Positions 18,725 through 27,878 of a stretch of 64,000 nucleotides of DNA are shown piece after piece (within the stretch, counting starts at the first letter, position 1; every line of letters starts with the position of its first letter). The stretch is from an uncultured Candidatus Rokubacteria bacterium (GTDB lineage: Bacteria; Methylomirabilota; Methylomirabilia; Rokubacteriales; DASRDR01): assembly GCA_963826115.1 (NCBI GenBank), contig CAWGVS010000012.1:416001-480000 (forward strand). The letters are read 5' to 3'. The translations under genes and the position numbers were made by a program. A model generated the notes under the pieces. It was not told the DNA's origin and did no database searches. It saw only the letters and a list, made by a program, of their open reading frames with translations.

Positions 18725-19846
18725 TCAGGCGCCGGGACGGCGCCGGTAGGTCAGGCCGTAGGCGAGGTTGTCCTGGCGGAGCCGCTTGTCGGTCCCGAAC
18801 AGGATGTGCTTCGACATGTCGGGCGAGTACCGACTCGCCGGCGGTCGGCGACCGAGCCCCTCCGCGAGGCCGCGCACGTGGTGCGGACCGGCGCCGCAGC
18901 AGACGCCGAGGTAGCGGACCCCGAGGTCGTAGGCGTCCTTGCCGAACTGTGCGATCTCGTAGCGGTTACAGACGAAGGGATCGAGGGCCGCCGGGAACGG
19001 GCGGTTGTCGGGGATGAGCTTGCAGTTCGGATCCGTGAGCGACTGGAAGGTGGGCTCGGCGGGCGTGGTGCGGTACGGCACCGGGAGCCCGGCCACGTGG
19101 CAGCGAACCGCGGCCCGGATCTCCCGGAGGAGCGGCATCATGGTGTCCGGGCCCCGCGAGCAGTTGAGCCCCACCACCTCGGCGCCGGCCGCCTCGAGCT
19201 TCCGGGCCGCGTCGGCGACGCTCCCGCCCTCGCGCATCCGCCCCTCGCGGGGCACGGCGAGCGTGATGACGGCGGGCTTGCCGGAGCGGCGGATCGCCTC
19301 GAGGGCCAGGAGCGCCTCGCCGGTCCAGCTGTAGGTCTCGCCGACGAAGAAGTCGACGCCCGCGTCCATCGCCCAGTCGATCTGCTCGTCGAAGATCCGG
19401 CGGGCTTCCTTGTGTGATTTCGCGTCGTCGGGCCCGTAGATGCTCGTGTTGCAGATGTTGCCCGCCAGGAGGGTCCCCGTCTCGCGCGCGACCTTCTTGG
19501 CCAGGCGGAGCGCGGTCCGGTTGATCCGCTCGAGGTCGCCCTCGCGCCCGATGATCCGCATCTTGGCGCGGTGCGCGTAGTACGTGAACGCCTCCACGAC
19601 GTCGGAGCCCGCGTGCACGAAGTCGCGGTGGAGGCCCTCCACGAGATCGGGGTGCTCGAGGACGACCTCGGGCACGAAGGCGCCGGCCTGGAGGTAGCCG
19701 CGGCGCTCGAACTCGAAAAGGTAGCCCTCGGCGCAGATCACGGGGCCCTTGGCGAGCCGCTCCATGAGCCCGAGCGGCTTCTTGGCAGGGGCCTTCGTCG
19801 CCTTCCCGGTCTTCGAAGCCTTCTTGGCCTTCGTCTTCGTCGCCAT
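18725..19846 (-). CDS. Homocysteine S-methyltransferase, betaine-homocysteine methyltransferase-like
   Basis: EGYLFEFERRGYLQAG, AFTYYAH, Zn ligands GLNC and GVCCG. Confidence 0.88.
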   Translation of the reverse strand: MATKTKAKKASKTGKATKAPAKKPLGLMERLAKGPVICAEGYLFEFERRGYLQAGAFVPEVVLEHPDLVEGLHRDFVHAGSDVVEAFTYYAHRAKMRIIGREGDLERINRTALRLAKKVARETGTLLAGNICNTSIYGPDDAKSHKEARRIFDEQIDWAMDAGVDFFVGETYSWTGEALLALEAIRRSGKPAVITLAVPREGRMREGGSVADAARKLEAAGAEVVGLNCSRGPDTMMPLLREIRAAVRCHVAGLPVPYRTTPAEPTFQSLTDPNCKLIPDNRPFPAALDPFVCNRYEIAQFGKDAYDLGVRYLGVCCGAGPHHVRGLAEGLGRRPPASRYSPDMSKHILFGTDKRLRQDNLAYGLTYRRRPGA

Positions 19847-19878
19847 GTCGTCCTTCCTCTCTCGCGGGCGAGAGCGGT

Positions 19879-21063
19879 CTAGTGCGTGAGGGGTGGATCC
19901 GCCGCCGTCGCGCGCGGCAGCGGGGCGCCGTCCCGGAAACGTGACCAGCGGAACGGCGCGAGGTCCCATCCCGGAGCGTGGCCCTCCAGGACCACCTGGG
20001 CCAGGATGTCGCCGACGGCCGGCGCGTGCTTGAAGCCGTGTCCGCTCCAGCCGAAGTTCACGAAGAGCCCCGGGCGCTCCGGCACCGGCCCCAGGACCGG
20101 CTCGTGGTCGGGCGTGTTGTCGTAAACCCCGGAGTAGCCGCCCATGGAGAGCCCGTGCTCCATGGCGGGGAAGCGCTGCGCGATCAGCTCCGCGTTCCGC
20201 ACGACCTCGCCCGGATCGGCGCCCTCGTTGTAGTGGTCGGGGTCGACGACCTCCTCGTAGGCGAAGAACCCGTGGATCGTGAGGTTCCCCGTCTCAGGCC
20301 GCATGTAGGTGAAGTGCGGCCGGTCGAGGATCGCGGGGTGGGAGCCGAGGTCCGGAGGCCGGCGGAAGAAGCACATCTGGTGGCGCGTCGGCGCGACCGG
20401 CGCGTCGATGCCGAGCGGCGCGAGGAGGCGTCCGGCCCAGAGCCCGGCGCAGACGACGACCGCGGGCGCATGGATCTCGCCGCTTGCCGTGCGGACACCG
20501 GTCACCCGATCGTCCGCGGTCAGGAGCGCCTCGACCGGCGTGTACTGGACCACCGTCGCCCCCAGCTCGCCCGCCCGAGTCGCGAAGGCATTCGTCGTCA
20601 TCGCCGCGTCGGCGTAGCCGGATTCCGCCTCGTAGGCAGCGAGCGCCACGTCGTCGACCGCCATCGCCGGGACGAGCGCCTGCGCCTCGGCGGGAGTCTG
20701 GACGACGACGTTCGCGCCGAGGGTCCGCGCCCGGCCAACGTTCGCGCGGAGGTTGTCCGCGCGGTCCGGCCCCACGAGCCACAGGATCCCCACCTGGCGG
20801 AACCCGGGGTCCCCGCCGCCGATCCGCTCCGCCCAGTGCTGGAACATCGTCGCCGAGGCGTTCGCCGTGCGGGTGAGGAAGTCCATGGCGTAGAACCGAC
20901 GGACGAGGGCCGACGAGCGGCCGGTCGGCCCCGAGGCCAGGAACTTCCGCTCGACGAGGACCACGCGCCGCGCGCCGCGGCGCGCGAGGTGATACGCGAC
21001 GCTCGCACCGTGGACGCCGCCGCCCACGACGACCACGTCGGCGGCGCGCGGAAGGTCCGCCAT
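19879..21063 (-). CDS. DAO-family FAD oxidoreductase (sarcosine oxidase beta-like)
   Basis: GGGVHG, ASGPTGRSS, YDNTPDHEPVLG, GWSGHGFKHAPAVG. Confidence 0.88.
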   Translation of the reverse strand: MADLPRAADVVVVGGGVHGASVAYHLARRGARRVVLVERKFLASGPTGRSSALVRRFYAMDFLTRTANASATMFQHWAERIGGGDPGFRQVGILWLVGPDRADNLRANVGRARTLGANVVVQTPAEAQALVPAMAVDDVALAAYEAESGYADAAMTTNAFATRAGELGATVVQYTPVEALLTADDRVTGVRTASGEIHAPAVVVCAGLWAGRLLAPLGIDAPVAPTRHQMCFFRRPPDLGSHPAILDRPHFTYMRPETGNLTIHGFFAYEEVVDPDHYNEGADPGEVVRNAELIAQRFPAMEHGLSMGGYSGVYDNTPDHEPVLGPVPERPGLFVNFGWSGHGFKHAPAVGDILAQVVLEGHAPGWDLAPFRWSRFRDGAPLPRATAADPPLTH

Positions 21064-21227
21064 CGCCCTTACCAGTTGCGGTCGCCGGTCGCGAACCGCG
21101 GCGCGTCGGCGGACTTTGGCTTCACCCCCGCCATCTCCTCGAGGGTGCGGCTCGTCGGGATCCCGGGGTGCCGATCGAGGATGCGCCGCTTCATCGCGGC
21201 GCGGAACGGGCGAGGCGCCTCACGAGC

Positions 21228-22556
21228 TCAGACCCAGGGCGAGTGGCTGCCGGAGGCGCCGAACGTGCGGCCGGCCGCGTACCGGTCGAGCGCGAAGGGC
21301 TTGAGGTCGGGCACGTCGTCGCCCATGAGGAGGCGCGCGACCAGCTTGCCGGCCCCCGTCATCTTGAACCCGTGATTCGAGTCCGCGATCATGAAGACGT
21401 TCGGCGCCACCCAGTCGAAGACCGGGACGTTGTCGGGGGTGAACGCGCCGATGCCGCCGTTCCGCCGGTCGCGGAAGTGCGGGCGGCATCCCTTGAAGCG
21501 CGACATCGTCTGCCCCATCGCCGCGCAGAAGTAGTCGGCGAACCACGGCTCCGCCTGGTACTCGTCGTTCGCGTGGCCGTACGGGTCGGTGACCGCGACC
21601 GGCCCGAGCTTGACGGGCGTGGTGCCCCCCTGGAGACCCGGGCGGTCCATCCGCTCGTTGCCGTTCTTGAAGTAGACGTAGGTGAAGTCCTTGATCGGGC
21701 GTCCCGTGGCGGGATCGACCACGGGCTCCGAGGTCTCGACGTGGAGCACCGGCGGGTTCAGGCCGGCGGCCGTCACGTAGGGCTCGTCGCAGTACACCTC
21801 GCCTTCGAGGAGCCGCCAGTACGTCCACATGTCCTTGGTCTCGACGGCGCCGTCGGGATAGCGGCACGCAACCTGCGCGGGCTTCCCGAGCATGGCCCAG
21901 TGCTTGGGCGTCCAGGCGCCGAGACCCCAGACGACCACGTCGCAGGCGATGCGTCCCTGGTCGGTGAGCACCGCGCGAACGCGGCCCCCCTCGACATCGT
22001 AGCCCGTGACCTCCACCCCGGGCAGGACCTGGACCCCGTGGAGCGCGCACTTCCCCGCGAGCCCGGCCACCGCCTGGCGGGTTCCCGCGTAGCCGCTCAC
22101 GCGCTCGTGGAGCGCCAGGCCAACATGGGAGGTGTTGAAGTCGGGCCAGATGCGCCGGACGAACCGCCGGGCGTCCTCGCCCGCGTAGAGGTCCGAGGGG
22201 TAGCCGGCCGCGTTCTGGCTCTTCCAGACGCGCTCGTAGGCCGGGAGGTTCTGCTCCTCGTCGACGCCGACGTAGCCGACCTGCTGGAACCCGAGCGCGA
22301 CCGGATCGTAGGTCCACACGTCCACGCTGTGACGGAGAATCGCGTGGAGCGGCTCGGTCATGTAGAGGTTCCGCACGCAGCCACAGGCGATGCCGGACGC
22401 CCCGGCGCCGACGCCGGTCTTGTCGAGCACCACGACGTCCGCGCCCGAGCCGCGGCGCCGTCGCTCGAGCTCCATCGCGAGGTGCCAGCCGGTGCTGAGG
22501 CCGTGGATGCCGGCGCCGATGACGACGGCGTGAACGCTCGTCGGGAGCGGACTCAT
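21228..22556 (-). CDS. DAO-family FAD oxidoreductase
   Basis: GAGIHG, GASGIACG, FTPDNVPVFD, SNHGFK; GGAGGT RBS. Confidence 0.86.
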   Translation of the reverse strand: MSPLPTSVHAVVIGAGIHGLSTGWHLAMELERRRRGSGADVVVLDKTGVGAGASGIACGCVRNLYMTEPLHAILRHSVDVWTYDPVALGFQQVGYVGVDEEQNLPAYERVWKSQNAAGYPSDLYAGEDARRFVRRIWPDFNTSHVGLALHERVSGYAGTRQAVAGLAGKCALHGVQVLPGVEVTGYDVEGGRVRAVLTDQGRIACDVVVWGLGAWTPKHWAMLGKPAQVACRYPDGAVETKDMWTYWRLLEGEVYCDEPYVTAAGLNPPVLHVETSEPVVDPATGRPIKDFTYVYFKNGNERMDRPGLQGGTTPVKLGPVAVTDPYGHANDEYQAEPWFADYFCAAMGQTMSRFKGCRPHFRDRRNGGIGAFTPDNVPVFDWVAPNVFMIADSNHGFKMTGAGKLVARLLMGDDVPDLKPFALDRYAAGRTFGASGSHSPWV

Positions 22557-22597
22557 GCGGACCTCCGGGGTCGCGGGTCGCCCGAGGGGGCCCGACC

Positions 22598-22626
22598 TCT
22601 GTACCATTCGCCTCCGGCCCCGTCAA
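22598..22626 (-). promoter_or_regulatory. sigma70-type promoter of the oxidase/BHMT operon
   Basis: TTGACG-N17-TACAGA with TG extension. Confidence 0.5.
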
Positions 22627-22647
22627 GCCAGGACGCTCGCGACGACG

Positions 22648-22956
22648 TCAGTCGCCGCGGTCCGGGAAGAGCGCGCGCCACGCCTCGGGCGCGCCCGCCA
22701 GGAGGGTGAGCCCGTCCGGCGCCGGCGGGTCGCACGGGGCGGCCTCCACCGCGCGCGCCACGTCCGCGGCGGCCGGGGAGAAGTACGCGCGGACCTCGCA
22801 GTGGAGGCGACCCTCCGACTCGTGACGGACGAAGACCGCCAGGTCCCGGGGACCCCCGGCCCGCGCGCGCGCCGACCGGACGAGCGCGCCGATGCGGTCG
22901 AGGGGCTCCCCGGCCAGCAGGGGATCGCCGAGGCCCTTCGAGAACCACCGACTCAC
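22648..22956 (-). CDS. Hypothetical protein
   Basis: Protein-like sequence WFSKGLGD...HESEGRLHCEVRAYFSP at the end of a shadow ORF. Confidence 0.65.
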   Translation of the reverse strand: MSRWFSKGLGDPLLAGEPLDRIGALVRSARARAGGPRDLAVFVRHESEGRLHCEVRAYFSPAAADVARAVEAAPCDPPAPDGLTLLAGAPEAWRALFPDRGD

Positions 22957-22981
22957 GGGCGGCGCGCCGACGCGCGTGGCT

Positions 22982-23611
22982 CTACGCCCACGGGACCGGG
23001 CCGCCCCAGCGATCGAGGTACGTCGTCTCGCTCGTCGGGCGGCGGCGGCTGCCCCCGAACCGCGCGCCGGGCCCCGGGTAGCCGAGCGGGATGCAGAAGT
23101 GGAAGGCGACCGGCGCGGGGATCCCGAACAGCGCATACACGCGCTCCATGACCGAGGGATGCAGCGTCGTCGGAATCGACCCGATCCCGAGGGCGCGCGC
23201 CGCCAGCATGAGGTTCTGGCACGCGGGCAGGATCGAGTTCGCCCAGCCCGGCGGCTCGGCGAACGCGAGCACGACGCACGGCACGTCGCGCATGTGGTCG
23301 GCGAGCCCCGCCGCGGCCCGGTAGTTCGCGTGCTCGGGCGGGATGTCCTCGGGCCCCGTCCAGCCGAACTCGTCCCGGCGCTTCGCCCACCACGCCTCGC
23401 GGTAGAGCGCCCCGAACCGGACGAGGCGGTCGCGGTCCGTGATGACCAGGAACCGCCCGATCTGGCGGTTGCCCCCGTTCGGCGCCCGCACCGCGGCCTC
23501 GAGCACGAGCCGCAGGTCCTCGACCGGAATCGGATCGGGCCGGAAGCGCCGGATCGAGCGCTGGGTGAACATCGCCTCGCCCATCGACATGCCGAGCTGC
23601 GCCGGATCCAT
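22982..23611 (-). CDS. Nitroreductase-family protein
   Basis: TQRSIRRFRPDPIP, APNGGNRQ, QNLMLAARALGIG, IPLGYP. Confidence 0.9.
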   Translation of the reverse strand: MDPAQLGMSMGEAMFTQRSIRRFRPDPIPVEDLRLVLEAAVRAPNGGNRQIGRFLVITDRDRLVRFGALYREAWWAKRRDEFGWTGPEDIPPEHANYRAAAGLADHMRDVPCVVLAFAEPPGWANSILPACQNLMLAARALGIGSIPTTLHPSVMERVYALFGIPAPVAFHFCIPLGYPGPGARFGGSRRRPTSETTYLDRWGGPVPWA

Positions 23612-23730
23612 GGTCGTGCCCGCCTCCTTCGCGTGAGAGGGTCGTCCGGAGCGCGCCCGGGACGCCGCCCGTCCTTGACGGCCGCGCGCGGCCCATGATA
23701 CGGGCTTGTACGCACCCCGCGCGACCACCG

Positions 23731-25116
23731 ATGGAGACCTTCGCCGAGACGCTGGCGACGTTCGCCGCCGGGCTCCGGCCCGCCGGCCTGCCCCGCGGCG
23801 TCGCGGAGCAGGCCGCACGTCTGCTCCTCGACACGGTCGGCGTCACGCTGGCCGCGGTGCCGGACGACTTCGCGGGGAGTGTCCACACCGTGGCCCGCGC
23901 GCTCGGTGGCCGGCCCGAGGCGAGCCTCTGGGGCGGCGGGGAGCAGGTCGGCACGGCGGCGGCCGTTCTCGCCAACGGCACGCTCGCCCACGGGCTCGAC
24001 TACGACGACACGCTCGAGGAGGCCATCGTGCACACCGGCGCGTGCTGCGCGACGACCGCGCTCGCCGTCGGCGAGGCGCGCCACGCCTCGGGCGTCGACG
24101 TCCTGGCCGCCCTCGTCGCCGGCGTCGAGGTGATGGCCGCCGTCGGGAGCGCGGTCCCGGGCGCCTTCCACCGCCGCGGCTTCCACCCCACGGCGCTCTG
24201 CGGCAGCTTCGGCGCGGCCGCGGCCACCGGGCGGCTCCTCGGACTCACCGCGACCCAGCACGCCACGGCCTTCGGCATCTGCGGGAGCCAGGCCAGCGGG
24301 ATCATCGAGTACCTGGCGGACGGGTCGTGGACCAAGCGGCTGCATGCCGGCTGGGCCGCCCACGCCGGCGTCGTGGCGGCGCTCCTCGCCCAGTCCGGCT
24401 TCACCGGCCCCCGGACGGTCTTCGAGGGCACGCACGGCTTCTACCGGACGTTCGGCGGCGAGGTCCCGGACGCCGCGAAACTCGGGGCGCTCGGGGCCGG
24501 GCTCGGACGCGAGTGGGCCATCCAGCGCCTCATGTTCAAGGCGTACCCGTGCGGCTCCATCAACCAGCCGTACATGGACTGCGCGGCGCGCCTCCGGACC
24601 CGCCCCGGCTTCGACCCCGCGGCGATCCGTGACGTGGTCTGCCGGACGGCGGAGGGCCCGGTGCACCGGCTCTGGGAGCCGATCGCCGAGAAGCGGCGGC
24701 CCACCACGCCCTACGGCGCCAAGTTCAGCCTGCCGTACTGCATCGCCCTCGTCCTCCTGGACGGCGCCGCGGGGGTCGAGGGCTTCACCGAGGCGCGGAC
24801 GCGGGACCCGCGGGTGCTCGCGATCGCTCAGAGGATCCGCTACGTTCTCGATCCCTCCCTGCCGTACCCCCGTCGATTCACCGGGCACGTGCGCGTCGAG
24901 CTCGACGACGGGCGCGTGCTCGAGGAGACGCAGGACGCCCCGCGAGGCGGTCCGGAGCATCCGCTCGCCGCGGACGAGCTCCGGGCGAAGTTCCGCGCCA
25001 ACGCCGTCCGGGCCCTCCCGGCCGAGCGGGTCGAGCCGCTGATCGAGCAGCTGCTCGCCATCGACCGGGTGCAGGACGTCGCGCCGATCGCCGCGACCCT
25101 GCGCCGCGTCGCGTGA
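23731..25116 (+). CDS. MmgE/PrpD-family protein
   Basis: NGTLAHGLDYDD, GFHPT, KRLHAG, FKAYPCG, AKFSLPY. Confidence 0.92.
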   Translation: METFAETLATFAAGLRPAGLPRGVAEQAARLLLDTVGVTLAAVPDDFAGSVHTVARALGGRPEASLWGGGEQVGTAAAVLANGTLAHGLDYDDTLEEAIVHTGACCATTALAVGEARHASGVDVLAALVAGVEVMAAVGSAVPGAFHRRGFHPTALCGSFGAAAATGRLLGLTATQHATAFGICGSQASGIIEYLADGSWTKRLHAGWAAHAGVVAALLAQSGFTGPRTVFEGTHGFYRTFGGEVPDAAKLGALGAGLGREWAIQRLMFKAYPCGSINQPYMDCAARLRTRPGFDPAAIRDVVCRTAEGPVHRLWEPIAEKRRPTTPYGAKFSLPYCIALVLLDGAAGVEGFTEARTRDPRVLAIAQRIRYVLDPSLPYPRRFTGHVRVELDDGRVLEETQDAPRGGPEHPLAADELRAKFRANAVRALPAERVEPLIEQLLAIDRVQDVAPIAATLRRVA

Positions 25117-25148
25117 TCCTGGACCCGACCCACAAAAGGAGGCCGACG

Positions 25149-26174
25149 ATGACTCAGCGAAGACTCTGGGGCGCCCTGGCCGCACTGGGCCTGGCGCTCG
25201 CCCTCGTGGTCCGCGCGGAGGCGGCGGACCCCGCCGTCCTCGAGGCGGCCAAGAAGGAAGGCAAGGTCGTCTGGTACTCGTCCCTCGGGCTGTCGCTCGC
25301 CCAGAAGGTCTGCGACGCGTTCAACAAGCACCAGATGGGGATCACCTGCGAGCTGGCCCGCGACGGGTCCCAGCGCATCTTCCAGAAGATCATGCAGGAG
25401 GCGTCGGCCGGGCTCACGCTCGCCGACGTCGTGCACACCTCGGACATCTCGCACTACCTCGACTTCCAGCAGAAGAACATGCTGATGCGCTACCTGCCCG
25501 CCGGCGCCGACAAGTTCGCGGCAGACTTCCGGGACAAGGACGGCCTCTACACCGTGCTGCGCGGCACGCCGTACGTGATCGGCTACAACACGCAGAAGGT
25601 GGCCGCGGCCGACGCCCCCAAGCGCTGGAGGGACCTCGCCGACCCGCGATGGAAGGGCAAGCTGGTGCACGCCCATCCCGGCTACAGCGGCGTGGTGATG
25701 ACGGGCATCCTCGGGCTCCTGCCCGTCGTGGGCGGCTGGGACTACTACGCGGCGCTCGCGAAGAACAACCCGCTGGTCGTGCAGTCCGCCGAGGACCCGC
25801 CCATGAAGCTGGCCGGCGGCGAGGCGTGGGTCGGGGCCACCGGCGAGTACAACCTCTACCGCGAGATCAAGAAGGGCAACCCCGTCGCGATCGTCTTCCC
25901 CGACGAGGGCCTGCCCTTCGTGTCCTCGGCGAACGCGATCCTCACGAAGGCGCCGCACCCGAACGCCGCCAAGGTCTTCACGGACTACCTCTTCGACAAG
26001 GAGGCCCAGCAGATCCTCGCCGACGACGGCCTCTACGTGCCCAACGCGGCCGTGACGTACCCGAAGGACAAGCGGCCGCTCAAGGAGCTGAAGCTCCTCA
26101 AGGTCGATCCCGAGGAGATGCAGAAGCGCGACGACGAGGTGAAGAAGAAGTTCCGCGAGCTGTTCGGGGTCTGA
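25149..26174 (+). CDS. ABC substrate-binding protein (Fe3+/AfuA-like family)
   Basis: Signal peptide; AAKKEGKVVWYSS, DPRWKGK, APHPNAAKVF. Confidence 0.88.
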   Translation: MTQRRLWGALAALGLALALVVRAEAADPAVLEAAKKEGKVVWYSSLGLSLAQKVCDAFNKHQMGITCELARDGSQRIFQKIMQEASAGLTLADVVHTSDISHYLDFQQKNMLMRYLPAGADKFAADFRDKDGLYTVLRGTPYVIGYNTQKVAAADAPKRWRDLADPRWKGKLVHAHPGYSGVVMTGILGLLPVVGGWDYYAALAKNNPLVVQSAEDPPMKLAGGEAWVGATGEYNLYREIKKGNPVAIVFPDEGLPFVSSANAILTKAPHPNAAKVFTDYLFDKEAQQILADDGLYVPNAAVTYPKDKRPLKELKLLKVDPEEMQKRDDEVKKKFRELFGV

Positions 26175-26179
26175 GCCGG

Positions 26180-27871
26180 ATGCCGGCGGGCGCGGCGGGG
26201 CGGGGGCGGCGCGATGCCGCTCCCGCCGTGTGGCTTCTGAGCGCGGCGATCCTCGCCGTCCTCGTCGTCGCGCCGCTCGGGATCCTCCTGTTCACGGCGT
26301 TCCACGTCCCCGAGGGCCCGGGCTTCACCCTGGGCAACTTCCTCGAAGCCTTCGGCGAGGCGATGTACCGGGGGCCGGTCGCGAACTCCCTCGTCTACGC
26401 GACGTCGGTGGGCATCCTGAGCGTCCTGGTGGGAGCGCCCCTCGCGTGGCTCGTGACGCGCACCGACATGCCCGGGAAGGCGGTCGTCCGCACGCTCACC
26501 ATCGCCGCCTTCGTCACCCCGTCGTTCCTCGGCGCCACCGCCTACGTCATCCTGGCCGGCCCCAACGCGGGGCTCCTCAACGTCCTCTACCGGGCCGTCA
26601 CCGGGTCGGACGAGCCCCTCTTCAACATTTTCTCGATGACGGGGCTGATCTACGTCACCAGCCTCTACACGTTCCCCGTGGTCTTCATCCTGACCAGCGC
26701 GGCCCTGACCGCGACGCCCGCCGATCTGGAGGACGCCGCGCGGATCGCCGGCGCCGGCCGCCTGGCGGTGATGCGCACGATCACGCTCCCCCTCGCGCTC
26801 CCGGCCATCTTCGGCGGGTTCATCCTCGCCTTCCTCGAGGCCCTCGTCCTCTTCGGCGCGCCGGCGATGCTCGCCATCCCCGCCCGCTTCCACGTCATGA
26901 CCACCCAGGTCTGGGCCTTCTTCCACTACCCGCCGCAGGTCGAGGTGGCGGCCGCCTACGCGATGCCGCTCCTCCTGGTGGCGGTGGTGCTGCTCTGGGC
27001 CCAGCGACGCCTGATGGGCCGGCGCGGCTACACGACCGTCGGCGGGCGCGCCGCCGCGGCGCCGCCGATTCCCCTCGGCCGCTGGCGGTGGGTCGCCTCG
27101 GGCGCGGCCGGGCTGGTGCTCCTGCTCTCCATCGGGCTCCCGTACTTCGCGCTCCTCCGGGGCGCCCTCGCCAAGGCCTGGGGGCTCGGCTGGTCGTGGC
27201 AGAACGTCACGCTCCGCAACTTCCGGTACGTGATGTTCGAGTTCGATCCGACGCGCGCGGCCATCGTGAACACGCTGGAGCTGGCCGCGGTGACGGCCAC
27301 GCTCGCCGCGCTCCTCATGGGCGCCATCGCCTACGTCGCGCAGCGGCGTCTGGTCGCCGGCGCGCCGGCCCTGGCCTTCCTCGCCATGGCGCCGCTCGCG
27401 ATCCCGGGCATCGTGCTGTCGATCGGACTCTTCAAGGCGTACTCGCGGCCGCCCGTCCTCCTCTACGGGACGATCTGGCTCATCTTCGTCGCCTACCTGA
27501 CGAAGTACCTGCCGATCGCCTACACGGCGTGCCACGCCGCGCTCCAGACGGTGCACGTGGACCTCGAGGACGCCGCCCGCATCCTCGGCGCCAACCGGCT
27601 GGTCGCGTTCAAGGACGTGACGATGCCGCTCTTCGGCGTGGGGCTCGTCTCGGCGTGGCTCCTGGTCTTCCTCCCGAGCCTCCGTGAGCTGTCCTCGTCG
27701 ATCCTCCTCTTCACCACGCGGTCCCGGGTGGTGGCGGTCGTGATCTACACCCTCTACGAGGAGGGCCTCTGGGAAGCCGTGTCCGCGCTGGGGATCCTGC
27801 TGCTCGGGCTCACCCTCCTCCTGGTGGTGGTGGCGCAGCGGTTCCTGGGCCGGCGCTTCCTCCAGATCTGA
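26180..27871 (+). CDS. ABC permease (FbpB-type, duplicated)
   Basis: Two EAA loops (LEDAARIAGA, LEDAARILGA); RTDMPG. Confidence 0.9.
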   Translation: MPAGAAGRGRRDAAPAVWLLSAAILAVLVVAPLGILLFTAFHVPEGPGFTLGNFLEAFGEAMYRGPVANSLVYATSVGILSVLVGAPLAWLVTRTDMPGKAVVRTLTIAAFVTPSFLGATAYVILAGPNAGLLNVLYRAVTGSDEPLFNIFSMTGLIYVTSLYTFPVVFILTSAALTATPADLEDAARIAGAGRLAVMRTITLPLALPAIFGGFILAFLEALVLFGAPAMLAIPARFHVMTTQVWAFFHYPPQVEVAAAYAMPLLLVAVVLLWAQRRLMGRRGYTTVGGRAAAAPPIPLGRWRWVASGAAGLVLLLSIGLPYFALLRGALAKAWGLGWSWQNVTLRNFRYVMFEFDPTRAAIVNTLELAAVTATLAALLMGAIAYVAQRRLVAGAPALAFLAMAPLAIPGIVLSIGLFKAYSRPPVLLYGTIWLIFVAYLTKYLPIAYTACHAALQTVHVDLEDAARILGANRLVAFKDVTMPLFGVGLVSAWLLVFLPSLRELSSSILLFTTRSRVVAVVIYTLYEEGLWEAVSALGILLLGLTLLLVVVAQRFLGRRFLQI

Positions 27872-27878
27872 TCGGCGG

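Noticed and set aside
21195-21230. Selenocysteine readthrough of the oxidase TGA into the in-frame downstream ORF
   Set aside because: The TGA falls at a natural-looking C-terminus (HSPWV) and no convincing SECIS hairpin follows
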